NCBI GenBank assembly: GCA_005878415.1
Contig: VBMM01000029.1
Coordinates: forward strand, 1-33,836
Direction of reading: 5' to 3'
DNA from: Methanobacteriota archaeon
GTDB taxonomy: Archaea > Thermoplasmatota > Thermoplasmata > RBG-16-68-12
Length of the DNA stretch: 33,836 nucleotides
The position numbers and the translations under genes were made by a program. Positions 16,634 to 24,706 of this stretch are shown here, in pieces (the stretch's first letter is position 1; the number at the start of each line of letters is the position of its first letter). The notes below the pieces were generated by a model. It did not search any database, had not been told where the DNA came from, and saw only the letters and a program-made list of their open reading frames with translations.

Positions 16634-19090
16634 ATGGCCAGCTACGATGTTCGGATCATCACGGCCTCCTACCGGCGGGAGCCCCGGGACGGCCCCGAGT
16701 CGGCCCAGCTGCCGGTCATCCAGGTGTTTGGGCGGACGAGGGAAGGGAAGAGCATCGCCATCGAGTATTCCGGATTCCAGCCATACTTCTTCGTGGTCGA
16801 GCCGTCGCACGCTCTCCGGGGAGCGTTCGGCAGGGATCCGCAGGTCGTCAAGCTCGAGGACGTGACCCTGCAGCTCGAAGGAAAGCCGACTCCGTGCGCA
16901 CGCGTCGTCCTCCGACAACCGTGGAAGACGCCGGAGTACCGCGAGAAGGCTCGGCGGTACGGCTCCACCCCCTTGGAGGCCGACATCCCGTTCCAACATC
17001 GGTTCATCTACGACATGGACCTCGGGGCGGCCGTCCGCGTCCACGGGACCGAGGTCGACCCCGCCGGACGATACACGACGGACCTGTTCCTCCGCGCGGA
17101 CCGCTTCGAGCCGTGCGAACCGTTCCGCCCGGCCCTCCGCGTCCTGAGCTTCGACATCGAGAACAGCATCCAGGACGGCCACATCTTCTGCATCGGCATT
17201 GCGTACCGGGACGCCGGTGCGATCAAGACGCTCATCCTGACGGGGAGCGAGCGGGAGATCGTCGAGGCGTTCGTCAAGCTCGTGCACGAGCTCGATCCCG
17301 ACATCATCTCCGGATACAACATCGACGGCTACGACCTGCCCGTCCTCGTCGAACGCGCCAAACAGGTCGGGATTCCGCGGCTCCAGCTCGCCCGCGACTT
17401 CTCGGACTTCTTCCACCTCGGTGAGAGGTTCTGGCGGGTCGACGGCCGCATCCTCACGGACGTGTGGTGGGCCGTGAAAGCGGAGCGGTTGAGCCTGCAC
17501 ATGAAGCAGGAGACCCTCGACTACGTGGCGCGCCAGCTGCTGGGCGAAGGGAAGCACGAGCTCTCGCGACGAAAGATCGACGGGGAGTGGGCGCGGGACC
17601 GCGACAAGGTGATCCGGTATTGCCTGAACGACGCCGACCTCTCGCTCCGCATCCTCGAGAAGATCGGCCGGATCGAGAAGACCTTGGACTTGGCGGCGGT
17701 GAGCAAGCTCCCGCTCGAGGACGTCCTGCACGGGCGCACGTCGAATCTGATTGACTCGATCCTGATCCGGGCCGCGGACCGCGCGGGCGTCGCGGTGCCG
17801 ATGATGAAGATGCGGGGAGGCCGCGTCGAGCAGATCGAAGGCGGGTACGTCCACAGCCTGCAGCCCGGGCTCTACGAGTGGGTGATCTCCCTCGACTTCC
17901 GCGCGATGTATCCGTCCCTCATCATGGAGAACAACATCTGCTTCACGACGGTCTCGCCCGCCGGCACGATCGCGAGCCCGACCGGTGCGAAGTTCCTGAG
18001 CGCCGACGTCAAGAAAGGGCTCCTCCCCGCGATCCTGTCGCGGCTCATGAACGACCGCCAGGACGTGCGGACGAAGATGAAAGAGACGTCCGACCCGGAG
18101 ATGCGAGAGTTCTACGAAGGCCTGCAGGCCGCGATCAAGATCCTCATGAACGCCTTCTATGGCGTCCTCGCCTCGTCGTTCTACCGGTTCAACGATCCGA
18201 AGGTCGGGGCCTCGATCACCGCGTTCGCGCGGGAGCGGATCAAGGGCATCATCGGGGAGCTCGAGGCGGATGCGGTGAAAGTCGTCTACGCCGACACCGA
18301 TTCCGTCTTCTTCCAATCCCCTTCCCCGGGACTCGACGCGTCGCTCGAGTTCGCACGGAAGACGGCCGAGCGGTTCTCTCGCGGTCGGATCGCGATGGAA
18401 GTCGACAAGATCTACGAGACCTTGTTCAGCCACGGACGGAAGAAGCGGTATGCGGGCAAGGTCGCATGGCCGACCGAAATGCGCGATCAACTCATGGTAC
18501 GCGGATACGAGATCCGCCGAACGGACGCGTTCGACCTGCAGAGCGAGGCGCAACAACGCGTGTTCGAGAAGATCCTCGACCGCGACCAGGATGGATCGAC
18601 CGCCCTGGCGAAGCAAATCGTCGCCGAAGTCCGCGCGGGTACCCCGACCCTGCAGGACGCGGAGCGGGACCCGATTGAGGCCCTGGTCATCTCCCGGACC
18701 GTGAAGGAGGAGAACCAGTACGTGAACCCGGATTCGATGAGCAACGTGATCGCCGCCCGCAAGCTCGAGGAGATGGGGGAGGAGTTCATGCCCGGGATGA
18801 AAGTCTCGTGGATCGTGACGGACTCCAAGAAGAGCCCTATGGAGGTGGAGCCCTACGTGTCCGGGCGGCCGTTCGAGCAACGGCCCGACTGGGAATACTA
18901 CGCCCGCCGCGTCGCGCAGACCCTCGCCTACATCACGGAGGTGTATGGGTGGGATGAGAAGGCGCTGTTGACGGGCACGCAGCCGGCCCAACAGAAGTCC
19001 CTGTTCAGCGATGACTTCGGCGAGGCGACGCCGGCCGAACACGGCGGCCGGAAGGCGGAGAAGAAGCTCACGCTCGAAGATTTCTTCTGA
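16634..19090 (+). CDS. polB: Family B DNA polymerase
   Basis: Track ORF trimmed to the ATG at 16634, which is 1 nt after the ychF stop; 818 aa. Exo motifs are LSFDIENS, YNIDGYDLPVL and YCLNDADL. Pol motifs are LDFRAMYPSLI, KILMNAFYGVL and VVYADTDSVFF. The size leaves no room for an intein. Confidence 0.95.
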   Translation: MASYDVRIITASYRREPRDGPESAQLPVIQVFGRTREGKSIAIEYSGFQPYFFVVEPSHALRGAFGRDPQVVKLEDVTLQLEGKPTPCARVVLRQPWKTPEYREKARRYGSTPLEADIPFQHRFIYDMDLGAAVRVHGTEVDPAGRYTTDLFLRADRFEPCEPFRPALRVLSFDIENSIQDGHIFCIGIAYRDAGAIKTLILTGSEREIVEAFVKLVHELDPDIISGYNIDGYDLPVLVERAKQVGIPRLQLARDFSDFFHLGERFWRVDGRILTDVWWAVKAERLSLHMKQETLDYVARQLLGEGKHELSRRKIDGEWARDRDKVIRYCLNDADLSLRILEKIGRIEKTLDLAAVSKLPLEDVLHGRTSNLIDSILIRAADRAGVAVPMMKMRGGRVEQIEGGYVHSLQPGLYEWVISLDFRAMYPSLIMENNICFTTVSPAGTIASPTGAKFLSADVKKGLLPAILSRLMNDRQDVRTKMKETSDPEMREFYEGLQAAIKILMNAFYGVLASSFYRFNDPKVGASITAFARERIKGIIGELEADAVKVVYADTDSVFFQSPSPGLDASLEFARKTAERFSRGRIAMEVDKIYETLFSHGRKKRYAGKVAWPTEMRDQLMVRGYEIRRTDAFDLQSEAQQRVFEKILDRDQDGSTALAKQIVAEVRAGTPTLQDAERDPIEALVISRTVKEENQYVNPDSMSNVIAARKLEEMGEEFMPGMKVSWIVTDSKKSPMEVEPYVSGRPFEQRPDWEYYARRVAQTLAYITEVYGWDEKALLTGTQPAQQKSLFSDDFGEATPAEHGGRKAEKKLTLEDFF

Positions 19091-19098
19091 GGTGCCCG

Positions 19099-19257
19099 AT
19101 GCCGGTGACCGACGCCGTGTGCCGATTCTGCGGCTGGGAAGGCGCGAACCCGGTGCGCGACGCACACGAGAGCCTCTTCTGTCCGGAGTGCGGCCGGCCC
19201 GCGGACTACAAGGTCGTGGTCGACGAGCTGAAGCGACAAGGCCTCTGGAAGGCGTGA
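19099..19257 (+). CDS. Small zinc-ribbon protein (52 aa; below the ORF-track size cutoff)
   Basis: My own translation is MPVTDAVCRFCGWEGANPVRDAHESLFCPECGRPADYKVVVDELKRQGLWKA*. It has two CxxC pairs. It starts 8 nt after the polB stop, and its stop lies 3 nt before the next ATG. Third positions are G/C-rich. Confidence 0.55.
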   Translation: MPVTDAVCRFCGWEGANPVRDAHESLFCPECGRPADYKVVVDELKRQGLWKA

Positions 19258-19260
19258 CGC

Positions 19261-20211
19261 ATGGCGCGGAGGCAGCCGCGCGTCGTCGCGGTCGGCGACG
19301 CGATCGTGGACCTCGTCACGCCGCCGCTCCCTCCGATCCCGCCCGGCGACTTCCAAGGACACGTGCCCGGCGTAGACGCGCTGCCGGGAGGGAACGCCAC
19401 GAACTTCGCCCTCGCGATCGCGAGCCTCGGCGCCCGCACGAGTTTCGTGGGGGCGATCGGGGTCGATCCGAACGGTGCGGTCCTGCGGGACGCATACCGT
19501 CGCCACGGCGTTCGGGCGATCCTGCGGGTGGACCCGCGTCGTCCGACGGGGGCGACGATGGCCCTCACTTGGTCTGCGGGCGGACGGGCGCTCATCACGG
19601 CGCTCGGGGCCAACGCCAGCCTCGTCCTGCGCGACGTGCCTTCCCGGTTGCTCGAAGGTTCGGACCACCTGCATCGTTCCGGTTTCTGGTGGACGCAACG
19701 CCTGATCGGGCGACCGACCTCCCTCCTCCTTGCGCGCGCCCGGCGGCGGGGATTGACGACGTCCCTCGACGTCTCGACCGACCCGCACGGTTGGCCGGAA
19801 GACCGCATCGCGGCGGTCCGCGCCTGCCTCCCGAACGTGACGACGTTCTTCGGGAGCGAGGTCGAGGTATGCGCGGTCGCCGGCCGGTCGTCCCCGATCG
19901 AGGCCGCGGAGCATCTCCGTTCCCTTGGACCTGAGGAGGTCGTCGTCCACCAGGCGGACCGAGGCGCGACCGTCGTGCACCGGTCCGGCCGCAGTACGTC
20001 GGCCGCGTTCTCCGTGCCCATCGACAACCCGACGGGCTGCGGCGATGTCTTCAACGCCGCGTACGTCTACGCGCGACTCGGCGGCGCCGACCTCCCTGAC
20101 GCCCTTCGGTTCGGCAACGCCGCCGCGGCCCTCCACCTCCGAGACCGGCGTCGCCCGTATCCGTCCGACGCGGCGGTCCGCCGGCTCGCGCGCACATCCA
20201 CTCGCCCCTAG
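19261..20211 (+). CDS. PfkB-family carbohydrate/nucleoside kinase
   Basis: 316 aa. The N-terminal VVAVGDAIVDLV...GGNATNFALAIASLG and the PfkB signature-2-like DNPTGCGDVFNAAYV fit the family. The substrate cannot be assigned. Confidence 0.8.
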   Translation: MARRQPRVVAVGDAIVDLVTPPLPPIPPGDFQGHVPGVDALPGGNATNFALAIASLGARTSFVGAIGVDPNGAVLRDAYRRHGVRAILRVDPRRPTGATMALTWSAGGRALITALGANASLVLRDVPSRLLEGSDHLHRSGFWWTQRLIGRPTSLLLARARRRGLTTSLDVSTDPHGWPEDRIAAVRACLPNVTTFFGSEVEVCAVAGRSSPIEAAEHLRSLGPEEVVVHQADRGATVVHRSGRSTSAAFSVPIDNPTGCGDVFNAAYVYARLGGADLPDALRFGNAAAALHLRDRRRPYPSDAAVRRLARTSTRP

Positions 20212-20273
20212 GCAGATTTTCACTTTCGCGCATCTCCCTCCGGAAGCCCGGTTCATATGGACGGGGGACGTAG

Positions 20274-21032
20274 GTGGACGTCGTGGCCCTCGCTTCATCC
20301 CCCGCGCATCCATCCCTGCTCCCCGAGGCGTGGGCCATGCTCGGGCGGACCGATCTGGAGGCGTATACGTGCTGGGACTTCCCGAGCCAGTCCGACGGCC
20401 ATCCCGGAGCGGGCGACGCTTCGTTCAACGGTGTCACCCCGGCTCGATGCGCCGAAAACCTCGTACGCCGCTACAGCCGGCCCGGGGACCTGGTCGTGGA
20501 CCAGATGGCGGGTTCCCGCACGATCGGCGATGTTGCCCGCGCCCTGGGACGGCGTGCGGTCTCGCTCGACCTCTCCCCACGCCGCCCGGGGATCGTCCGG
20601 GCCGACGCCCGCGCCTGGCCCCTTCGGGCCGAGTCCGCGACCCTGGTTGTGGTCGACTCGCCCTACTCCGACAACATCGTCTACAGCCGCGATCCCCGAT
20701 GCCTGGGGCGGATCTCGTGTCGGGATCCGCGATTCATCGCGGAGATGTCCCGCGTCGCCCGCGAGGCCGGCCGGGTGCTGCGCCGTGGCGGCGTCCTCGC
20801 TTGGATCATCGCGGACGAGTACCGCGGCGGCGTCTACACGCCGGTCGGATTCCGCCTGCTCTCCGCGCTCGAGCGGGAGTTCGAGATCCTCGATACGATC
20901 GCCTTGGTCCGCCACCACGACCGCTCGGCGTCGCCGATGTGGGAGCACCGTGCCCGGCGATTCAACTTCTTCCTCCGGGGCTTCAAGTTCCTCCTGATCG
21001 TGCGGAAACCCGTTGGGGATCGGGGAGGGTGA
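20274..21032 (+). CDS. SAM-dependent N-methyltransferase resembling N4/N6 DNA methylases, with permuted motif order
   Basis: 252 aa from GTG 20274 (alternative ATG at 20337). The order is CWDFP...FNGVTPARCAENLVRRYSRPGDLVVDQMAGSRTIG (the HP..FP...DPFxGSGTT-like motif X/I region), then VVVDSPYS (motif IV, DPPY-like), then RVLRRGGVLAWIIADEY. No nuclease gene was recognised nearby. Confidence 0.6.
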   Translation: MDVVALASSPAHPSLLPEAWAMLGRTDLEAYTCWDFPSQSDGHPGAGDASFNGVTPARCAENLVRRYSRPGDLVVDQMAGSRTIGDVARALGRRAVSLDLSPRRPGIVRADARAWPLRAESATLVVVDSPYSDNIVYSRDPRCLGRISCRDPRFIAEMSRVAREAGRVLRRGGVLAWIIADEYRGGVYTPVGFRLLSALEREFEILDTIALVRHHDRSASPMWEHRARRFNFFLRGFKFLLIVRKPVGDRGG

Positions 21033-21035
21033 CGT

Positions 21036-21452
21036 ATGGAGACGGCCATCGATCGGACGAGTGACGCGTCGAGGGAGATCGTCGAGGCGCTGCGACGGCG
21101 CTTGCGGGTCGCCGCCGCCCGGCATGAGGACCGGGTCGACGAGCACGTGAGCCGCTACTGGATCGCCTGGCGGAGCCGCAACCGGGACCGCGTCTTCGCG
21201 GAGATCCGGCCGCTCCGGAAGCGGGTCGAGGTGTTCATCCTGCCGGGTCCCCGCGAGCTCCGTGGCGGGGCGGGCCTCGCGCGCCATGCGCCGAGGACCC
21301 AGGGGTGGGGCTGGTTCCGCACCCGGTTCGACGTTCGGTCGATGGGCGAGGTCGATTCCGCGGCGCGGCTCATCCTGCAGTCGTACTTGCACGGCGTCCG
21401 CCGGTCGCGAGGGAACGGCCGGCGAAGGGTCCGTCGCAGGCAAGGGCTTTAA
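21036..21452 (+). CDS. DUF5655-like small protein
   Basis: 138 aa. The ATG lies 3 nt after the methyltransferase stop and is preceded by GGGGAGGGTGA. The pattern [32 protein letters not shown]...[26 protein letters not shown] matches my recollection of DUF5655 (YIAFK..nFAeI...k..l.v.L....g.wG.G......eld.a..LI.qsy). From memory only. Confidence 0.5.
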   Translation: METAIDRTSDASREIVEALRRRLRVAAARHEDRVDEHVSRYWIAWRSRNRDRVFAEIRPLRKRVEVFILPGPRELRGGAGLARHAPRTQGWGWFRTRFDVRSMGEVDSAARLILQSYLHGVRRSRGNGRRRVRRRQGL

Positions 21453-21454
21453 TA
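21448..21454 (+). promoter_or_regulatory. TATA-box-like element (TTTAATA)
   Basis: An AT-rich heptamer overlapping the stop of the preceding gene. It lies ~47 nt upstream of ATG 21501 and ~88-94 nt upstream of the in-frame GTGs of rpl15e. Confidence 0.3.
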
Positions 21455-21541
21455 CCGTCCGCTCCTTGGCGCGGCGCTTTCGACGTCCCTGGTCCGGGAG
21501 ATGTACCTTCGGGCGAATCCGAAAATCCAGGGGGTGTGGCC

Positions 21542-22204
21542 GTGGCCGAAGAACCGAGCGCTCCGGGACCGGAGCTTGCGATTGCCGGCGAGGAAGGGGA
21601 GAAGGCCCCCGCGCGTCCGAGGAATCTGTACGCCTTCGTCAAGCGGGCGTGGAAGAATCCGCAGAGCGGGGTCGTCGAGGAAACGCATTTTGCACGCATG
21701 GTCGAGTGGCGGCGCGGCGCCGCATTCGCCCGTATCGAGCGGCCCACGCGGATCGACCGGGCACGGGAACTCGGGTACCGCGCGAAGCAAGGCTACGTCG
21801 TCGTCCGCGCGCGGGTCCGCCGCGGCGGTCGGCGCCGGCCGAAGCCGATGGGCGGGCGTCATCCGAAGCGACGTGGCCTCCGGAAGATCACCATGGCCAA
21901 GTCAATCCAGCGGATTGCCGAGGAACGGACCGCGAAGCACTACCCGAACCTCGAAGTCCTCAACTCGTACTGGGTGGGCGAGGACGGCCGCCACAAGTAC
22001 TACGAGGTGATCCTCGTCGACCCGCAGCATCCCGCGATTCGCGCGGATCCGAAGATCAACTGGATCTGCGAACCCGCGAACCGCGGCCGTGTGTTCCGCG
22101 GGCTGACGTCCGCCGGGAAGAAGGGACGCGGCCTCTCGTACAAGGGGAAAGGCGTCGAGAAGGTCCGGCCGAGCATCGGCCGGCACGAGCGAAAGGGCAA
22201 GTGA
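21542..22204 (+). CDS. rpl15e: 50S ribosomal protein L15e with a non-canonical N-terminus (GTG start, ~27-aa acidic extension)
   Basis: [15 protein letters not shown]...[32 protein letters not shown]...[14 protein letters not shown]...[16 protein letters not shown] is collinear with L15e. The position of the usual Met is CTG (21626). The nearest in-frame starts are GTG 21542 (GGGGGTG lies 6 nt upstream) and GTG 21536. The rest of track ORF 21305.. overlaps the previous gene. Confidence 0.85.
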   Translation: MAEEPSAPGPELAIAGEEGEKAPARPRNLYAFVKRAWKNPQSGVVEETHFARMVEWRRGAAFARIERPTRIDRARELGYRAKQGYVVVRARVRRGGRRRPKPMGGRHPKRRGLRKITMAKSIQRIAEERTAKHYPNLEVLNSYWVGEDGRHKYYEVILVDPQHPAIRADPKINWICEPANRGRVFRGLTSAGKKGRGLSYKGKGVEKVRPSIGRHERKGK

Positions 22205-22963
22205 TTACGCGGTTCGGATCCGCGTCGCGAGTCCGTCGATTTCGTCCTGGGAAAGCCCGATCACCGGCTCGAATACCGGGACCGGGAGGGGCGGCCGGCC
22301 GCCCGGTTCGAACGACGACCAACGGGTCCCCAGGAACAGGGCGTCCGCGCGGGCGATCCTGACGAGGTCCGCAAGGCCGTCCGTCGTGGGGAGGTCGAGT
22401 ACCTTCAATCGGACGTCCCACCTCCGGAGAGGGCCGACGAACGAGCCGTCCTCGGGCGCGGCAATCGTGACGTGGCAACCGCGTTTCATGCCCATCCAGC
22501 CGCGGTTCCGACGCACCTCGATATGAATCTCGACGTCGGGGCGGTTCAGGTTCACACGGCTTCCGGGAACCGACCGGCGGACGTCGTCCCCGAGAATTCT
22601 CGCGAGGTCCTGGCTCGTGAACGGATGCGTGCCGACACGGCGCGTGCGCAGCGCGAACGTCTGGCCGGATCCGAGGGAGAGGGCCGCTTCCCCGAGGACG
22701 CCTTCTCGGAGCGACTCGAGGGTCGCCTTTGTCTCGAGGGCCGGGCTCACGGACACGACGCCGAAGACCCGAGCGAGGATCCCTCGGGCCCGGGCGATGT
22801 CATCCACGTGGACGTAGACTCGCGCCTCATCGGCCTCCGTGATGCACTCGACCCCTTCCGCGGCGAAGAGGTCCTGGATGTTCGCCACGAGTCGGTCGCG
22901 AAGCTGGCGTCGGACGAATCGACTCTTCAGAGCAAGCTCCCCGAACCGAACGAGCAGGACCAC
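22205..22963 (-). CDS. ThiI-like THUMP-domain protein with a vestigial PP-loop domain
   Basis: 252 aa with a GTG start. It begins LVRFGELALKSRFVRRQLRDRLVANI, followed by a THUMP region. Then PDVEIHIEVRRNRGWMGMKRGCHV aligns to E. coli ThiI PDVTVHLEVEDDR...[36 aa incl. SGGFDS]...MLMRRGCRV. The end, VFEPVIGLSQDEIDGLATRI, resembles [20 protein letters not shown]. No SGGxDS motif is present. Confidence 0.65.
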   Translation of the reverse strand: MVLLVRFGELALKSRFVRRQLRDRLVANIQDLFAAEGVECITEADEARVYVHVDDIARARGILARVFGVVSVSPALETKATLESLREGVLGEAALSLGSGQTFALRTRRVGTHPFTSQDLARILGDDVRRSVPGSRVNLNRPDVEIHIEVRRNRGWMGMKRGCHVTIAAPEDGSFVGPLRRWDVRLKVLDLPTTDGLADLVRIARADALFLGTRWSSFEPGGRPPLPVPVFEPVIGLSQDEIDGLATRIRTA

Positions 22964-22998
22964 GTCGCTCCGACCGCCGCTCCCGATAACCGCGTTAG

Positions 22999-23007
22999 TA
23001 ATTAATA
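22999..23007. promoter_or_regulatory. TATA-box-like palindromic element (TAATTAATA), possibly bidirectional
   Basis: It lies in the 65-nt divergent intergenic region, 22-30 nt from GTG 23029 (plus strand) and 36-44 nt from GTG 22963 (minus strand). Confidence 0.35.
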
Positions 23008-23028
23008 CGGCCCTGGCTTTCGCGCGCC

Positions 23029-23838
23029 GTGGACGCGCTTCTCCTGATGGTACAGGCCGTCCTGCTCTTTGCGGTCGCCTTCATCTACGCGAACCTCGGG
23101 CTCGGCGGGGGCCTGCTTTTCGTCCCGATCCTCCTCTCGACCGGGGTCACCCGGAGCGACGTGGCGGTCCCGATCTCCCTGACGTTCACCATCGCAACAG
23201 CCGCATCTTCCGTCATCAACCACCACCGGAAGGGTCTCGTGGACTTCCGCCTCGGCGGCACGCTCGTGATGGGCGCCCTGCTCGGCGCGGTCCTCGGGAC
23301 GCTCTTCACGCTGCTGTTCCTCGTGGACGACCGAGCGTTCAAGTCCTTTTTCACGGTCGTCCTCCTAATCTTCGGCGCGTACATGCTCTCGGACTGGGTG
23401 AAGAACGCGCGGGACGTGGACGGGGACGACGACTCGAAGATGACGCCTCCGCGAAAAACGAGCGTGGCGGCCGCCACCGTGGGCTCGGGCTTTCTCTCCG
23501 GGAGCATGGGGATTGGCGGAGGCCTGTTGAATGTCCCGCTCATGGTGTACGGCCTCGGCCGACGCACGCGGAAGGCGATCGGCACGTCATCCCTCCTCAT
23601 CATTCCGACCGCGGCCGTGGGCTTCACGACATACGTCGCGAATCTCGCGTTCCGCCCGGGGGGATTCGCATGGCCCGCGGACTTCGTCCTCATCCTCCTC
23701 TTCTTCCCGGTCGTGTTCGTCGGGGCGTACATCGGGTCGCGGTGGGGTCTAGGAGCTCTCCGGACTCGACCGGTCGCCCTGATCTTCATCCTCGTGTTGT
23801 TCCTCGCGGCCGGGAAGCTCCTCCTCGATTTGCTCTGA
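23029..23838 (+). CDS. TauE/SafE (DUF81) family anion exporter
   Basis: 269 aa, polytopic, with the internal duplication typical of the family (LGLGGGLLFVPIL and MGIGGGLLNVPLM). The start may be GTG 23029 or ATG 23047. Confidence 0.8.
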   Translation: MDALLLMVQAVLLFAVAFIYANLGLGGGLLFVPILLSTGVTRSDVAVPISLTFTIATAASSVINHHRKGLVDFRLGGTLVMGALLGAVLGTLFTLLFLVDDRAFKSFFTVVLLIFGAYMLSDWVKNARDVDGDDDSKMTPPRKTSVAAATVGSGFLSGSMGIGGGLLNVPLMVYGLGRRTRKAIGTSSLLIIPTAAVGFTTYVANLAFRPGGFAWPADFVLILLFFPVVFVGAYIGSRWGLGALRTRPVALIFILVLFLAAGKLLLDLL

Positions 23839-23869
23839 TCCCGAATCGCGGACGCGGGCCGTCCACGGG

Positions 23870-24706
23870 TCACCGGGCGGTGAGCAGGCCCCAGCGCCGA
23901 CTCACCCATTCCTGCGAACGGGAGAAGACCACCCGGTCTACCAGGACCCCGAGGACCAGAATGACGAACATGACCGCGATCACCTGCGCGATGTTCGGCG
24001 CCTCGCTCGCGCTTTCGACCAAGAACCCGAGGCCGACCGTCGCGAAGATGACCTCCGCTCCGACGAGGGATCGCCAGGCGAACGACCAACCGACCTTCGC
24101 GGAGGAGATCAGGTGCGGGAGCGTCGCCGGGACGGTCACCCGCAGGATCAGATCCATTCCGTCGCATCCCATATTGCGGGCCGCCTTGAGGTATATTGGC
24201 GGCACCGTTCGCAAGGCGTCCGCGACCGACACGGTGACGGCGAACAGCGAGCCGATGATCGTGACGAAGAGGAGGGATGCCTCCGAGAAGCCGAACCAGA
24301 CGATGCTCAATGGGACCCATGCGATCGACGGGAACGTCTGAAGCCCAAGGACGTACGGCTGGATTCCCTTCCCGAAGGTGGAGAAATGGACCATGAGCAG
24401 GGCGAGGATCGAGCCGAGGACTAGGGACAACATGAATCCAACGGCGAGTCGAGAGAGCGTCGCCCCGACCGACCGAATAAGCGCCGCGCGGTTCCAGAGG
24501 TTGACCAAGGCAGCGCCCACATCCGCCGGGCCTGGGAACAGATACCCGTACTCTTCCGGGAAGAACAGGTGCAGGCGGACCACGACCTCCCAGATTGCGA
24601 GGAATCCGACCGCGACGAGTATCATGGGGATCAGATGCACGAAGTCCCGTGATCGCCGCCGCTTCTCCGCGGCGGGCGGGGCTACAGGGGGTGTTGGTCC
24701 GCCCAC
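23870..24706 (-). CDS. ABC transporter permease, NitT/TauT (nitrate/sulfonate/bicarbonate) family
   Basis: 278 aa with a GTG start overlapping the ATPase gene by 25 nt. It has about 6 TM segments and an EAA-like loop, ALRTVPPIYLKAARNMGCDGMDLILRVTVPATLP. Confidence 0.85.
   Translation of the reverse strand: MGGPTPPVAPPAAEKRRRSRDFVHLIPMILVAVGFLAIWEVVVRLHLFFPEEYGYLFPGPADVGAALVNLWNRAALIRSVGATLSRLAVGFMLSLVLGSILALLMVHFSTFGKGIQPYVLGLQTFPSIAWVPLSIVWFGFSEASLLFVTIIGSLFAVTVSVADALRTVPPIYLKAARNMGCDGMDLILRVTVPATLPHLISSAKVGWSFAWRSLVGAEVIFATVGLGFLVESASEAPNIAQVIAVMFVILVLGVLVDRVVFSRSQEWVSRRWGLLTAR

Noticed and set aside
16610-19165. 851-aa minus-strand ORF covering the whole polB locus
   Set aside because: It is antisense to an ORF carrying every family-B polymerase motif. 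Its translation is Arg/Gly/Pro/Asp-rich low complexity, typical of stop-poor off-frames in high-GC DNA.
20212-21452. A restriction endonuclease partner for the methyltransferase
   Set aside because: No ORF adjacent to the methylase shows PD-(D/E)xK, HNH or other nuclease motifs that I can recognise. The only neighbour is the DUF5655-like protein, so I do not call an R-M system.
21501-21631. A canonical bulge-helix-bulge intron, or a -1 frameshift at GAAAAT (21521-21526), to connect ATG 21501 with the rpl15e frame
   Set aside because: The 9-bp helix between the segment ends is continuous, with no 3-nt bulges around a 4-bp helix at the required positions. The A4 run is not an X-XXY-YYZ slippery site, and a +1 slip lands in the wrong frame. 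This is kept only as a low-probability alternative in the rpl15e finding.
23850-23864. Small hairpin GGACG-CGGGC-CGTCC between the convergent TauE and permease genes
   Set aside because: It has only 5 bp and no T-tract. Structures of this size are expected by chance in GC-rich DNA.
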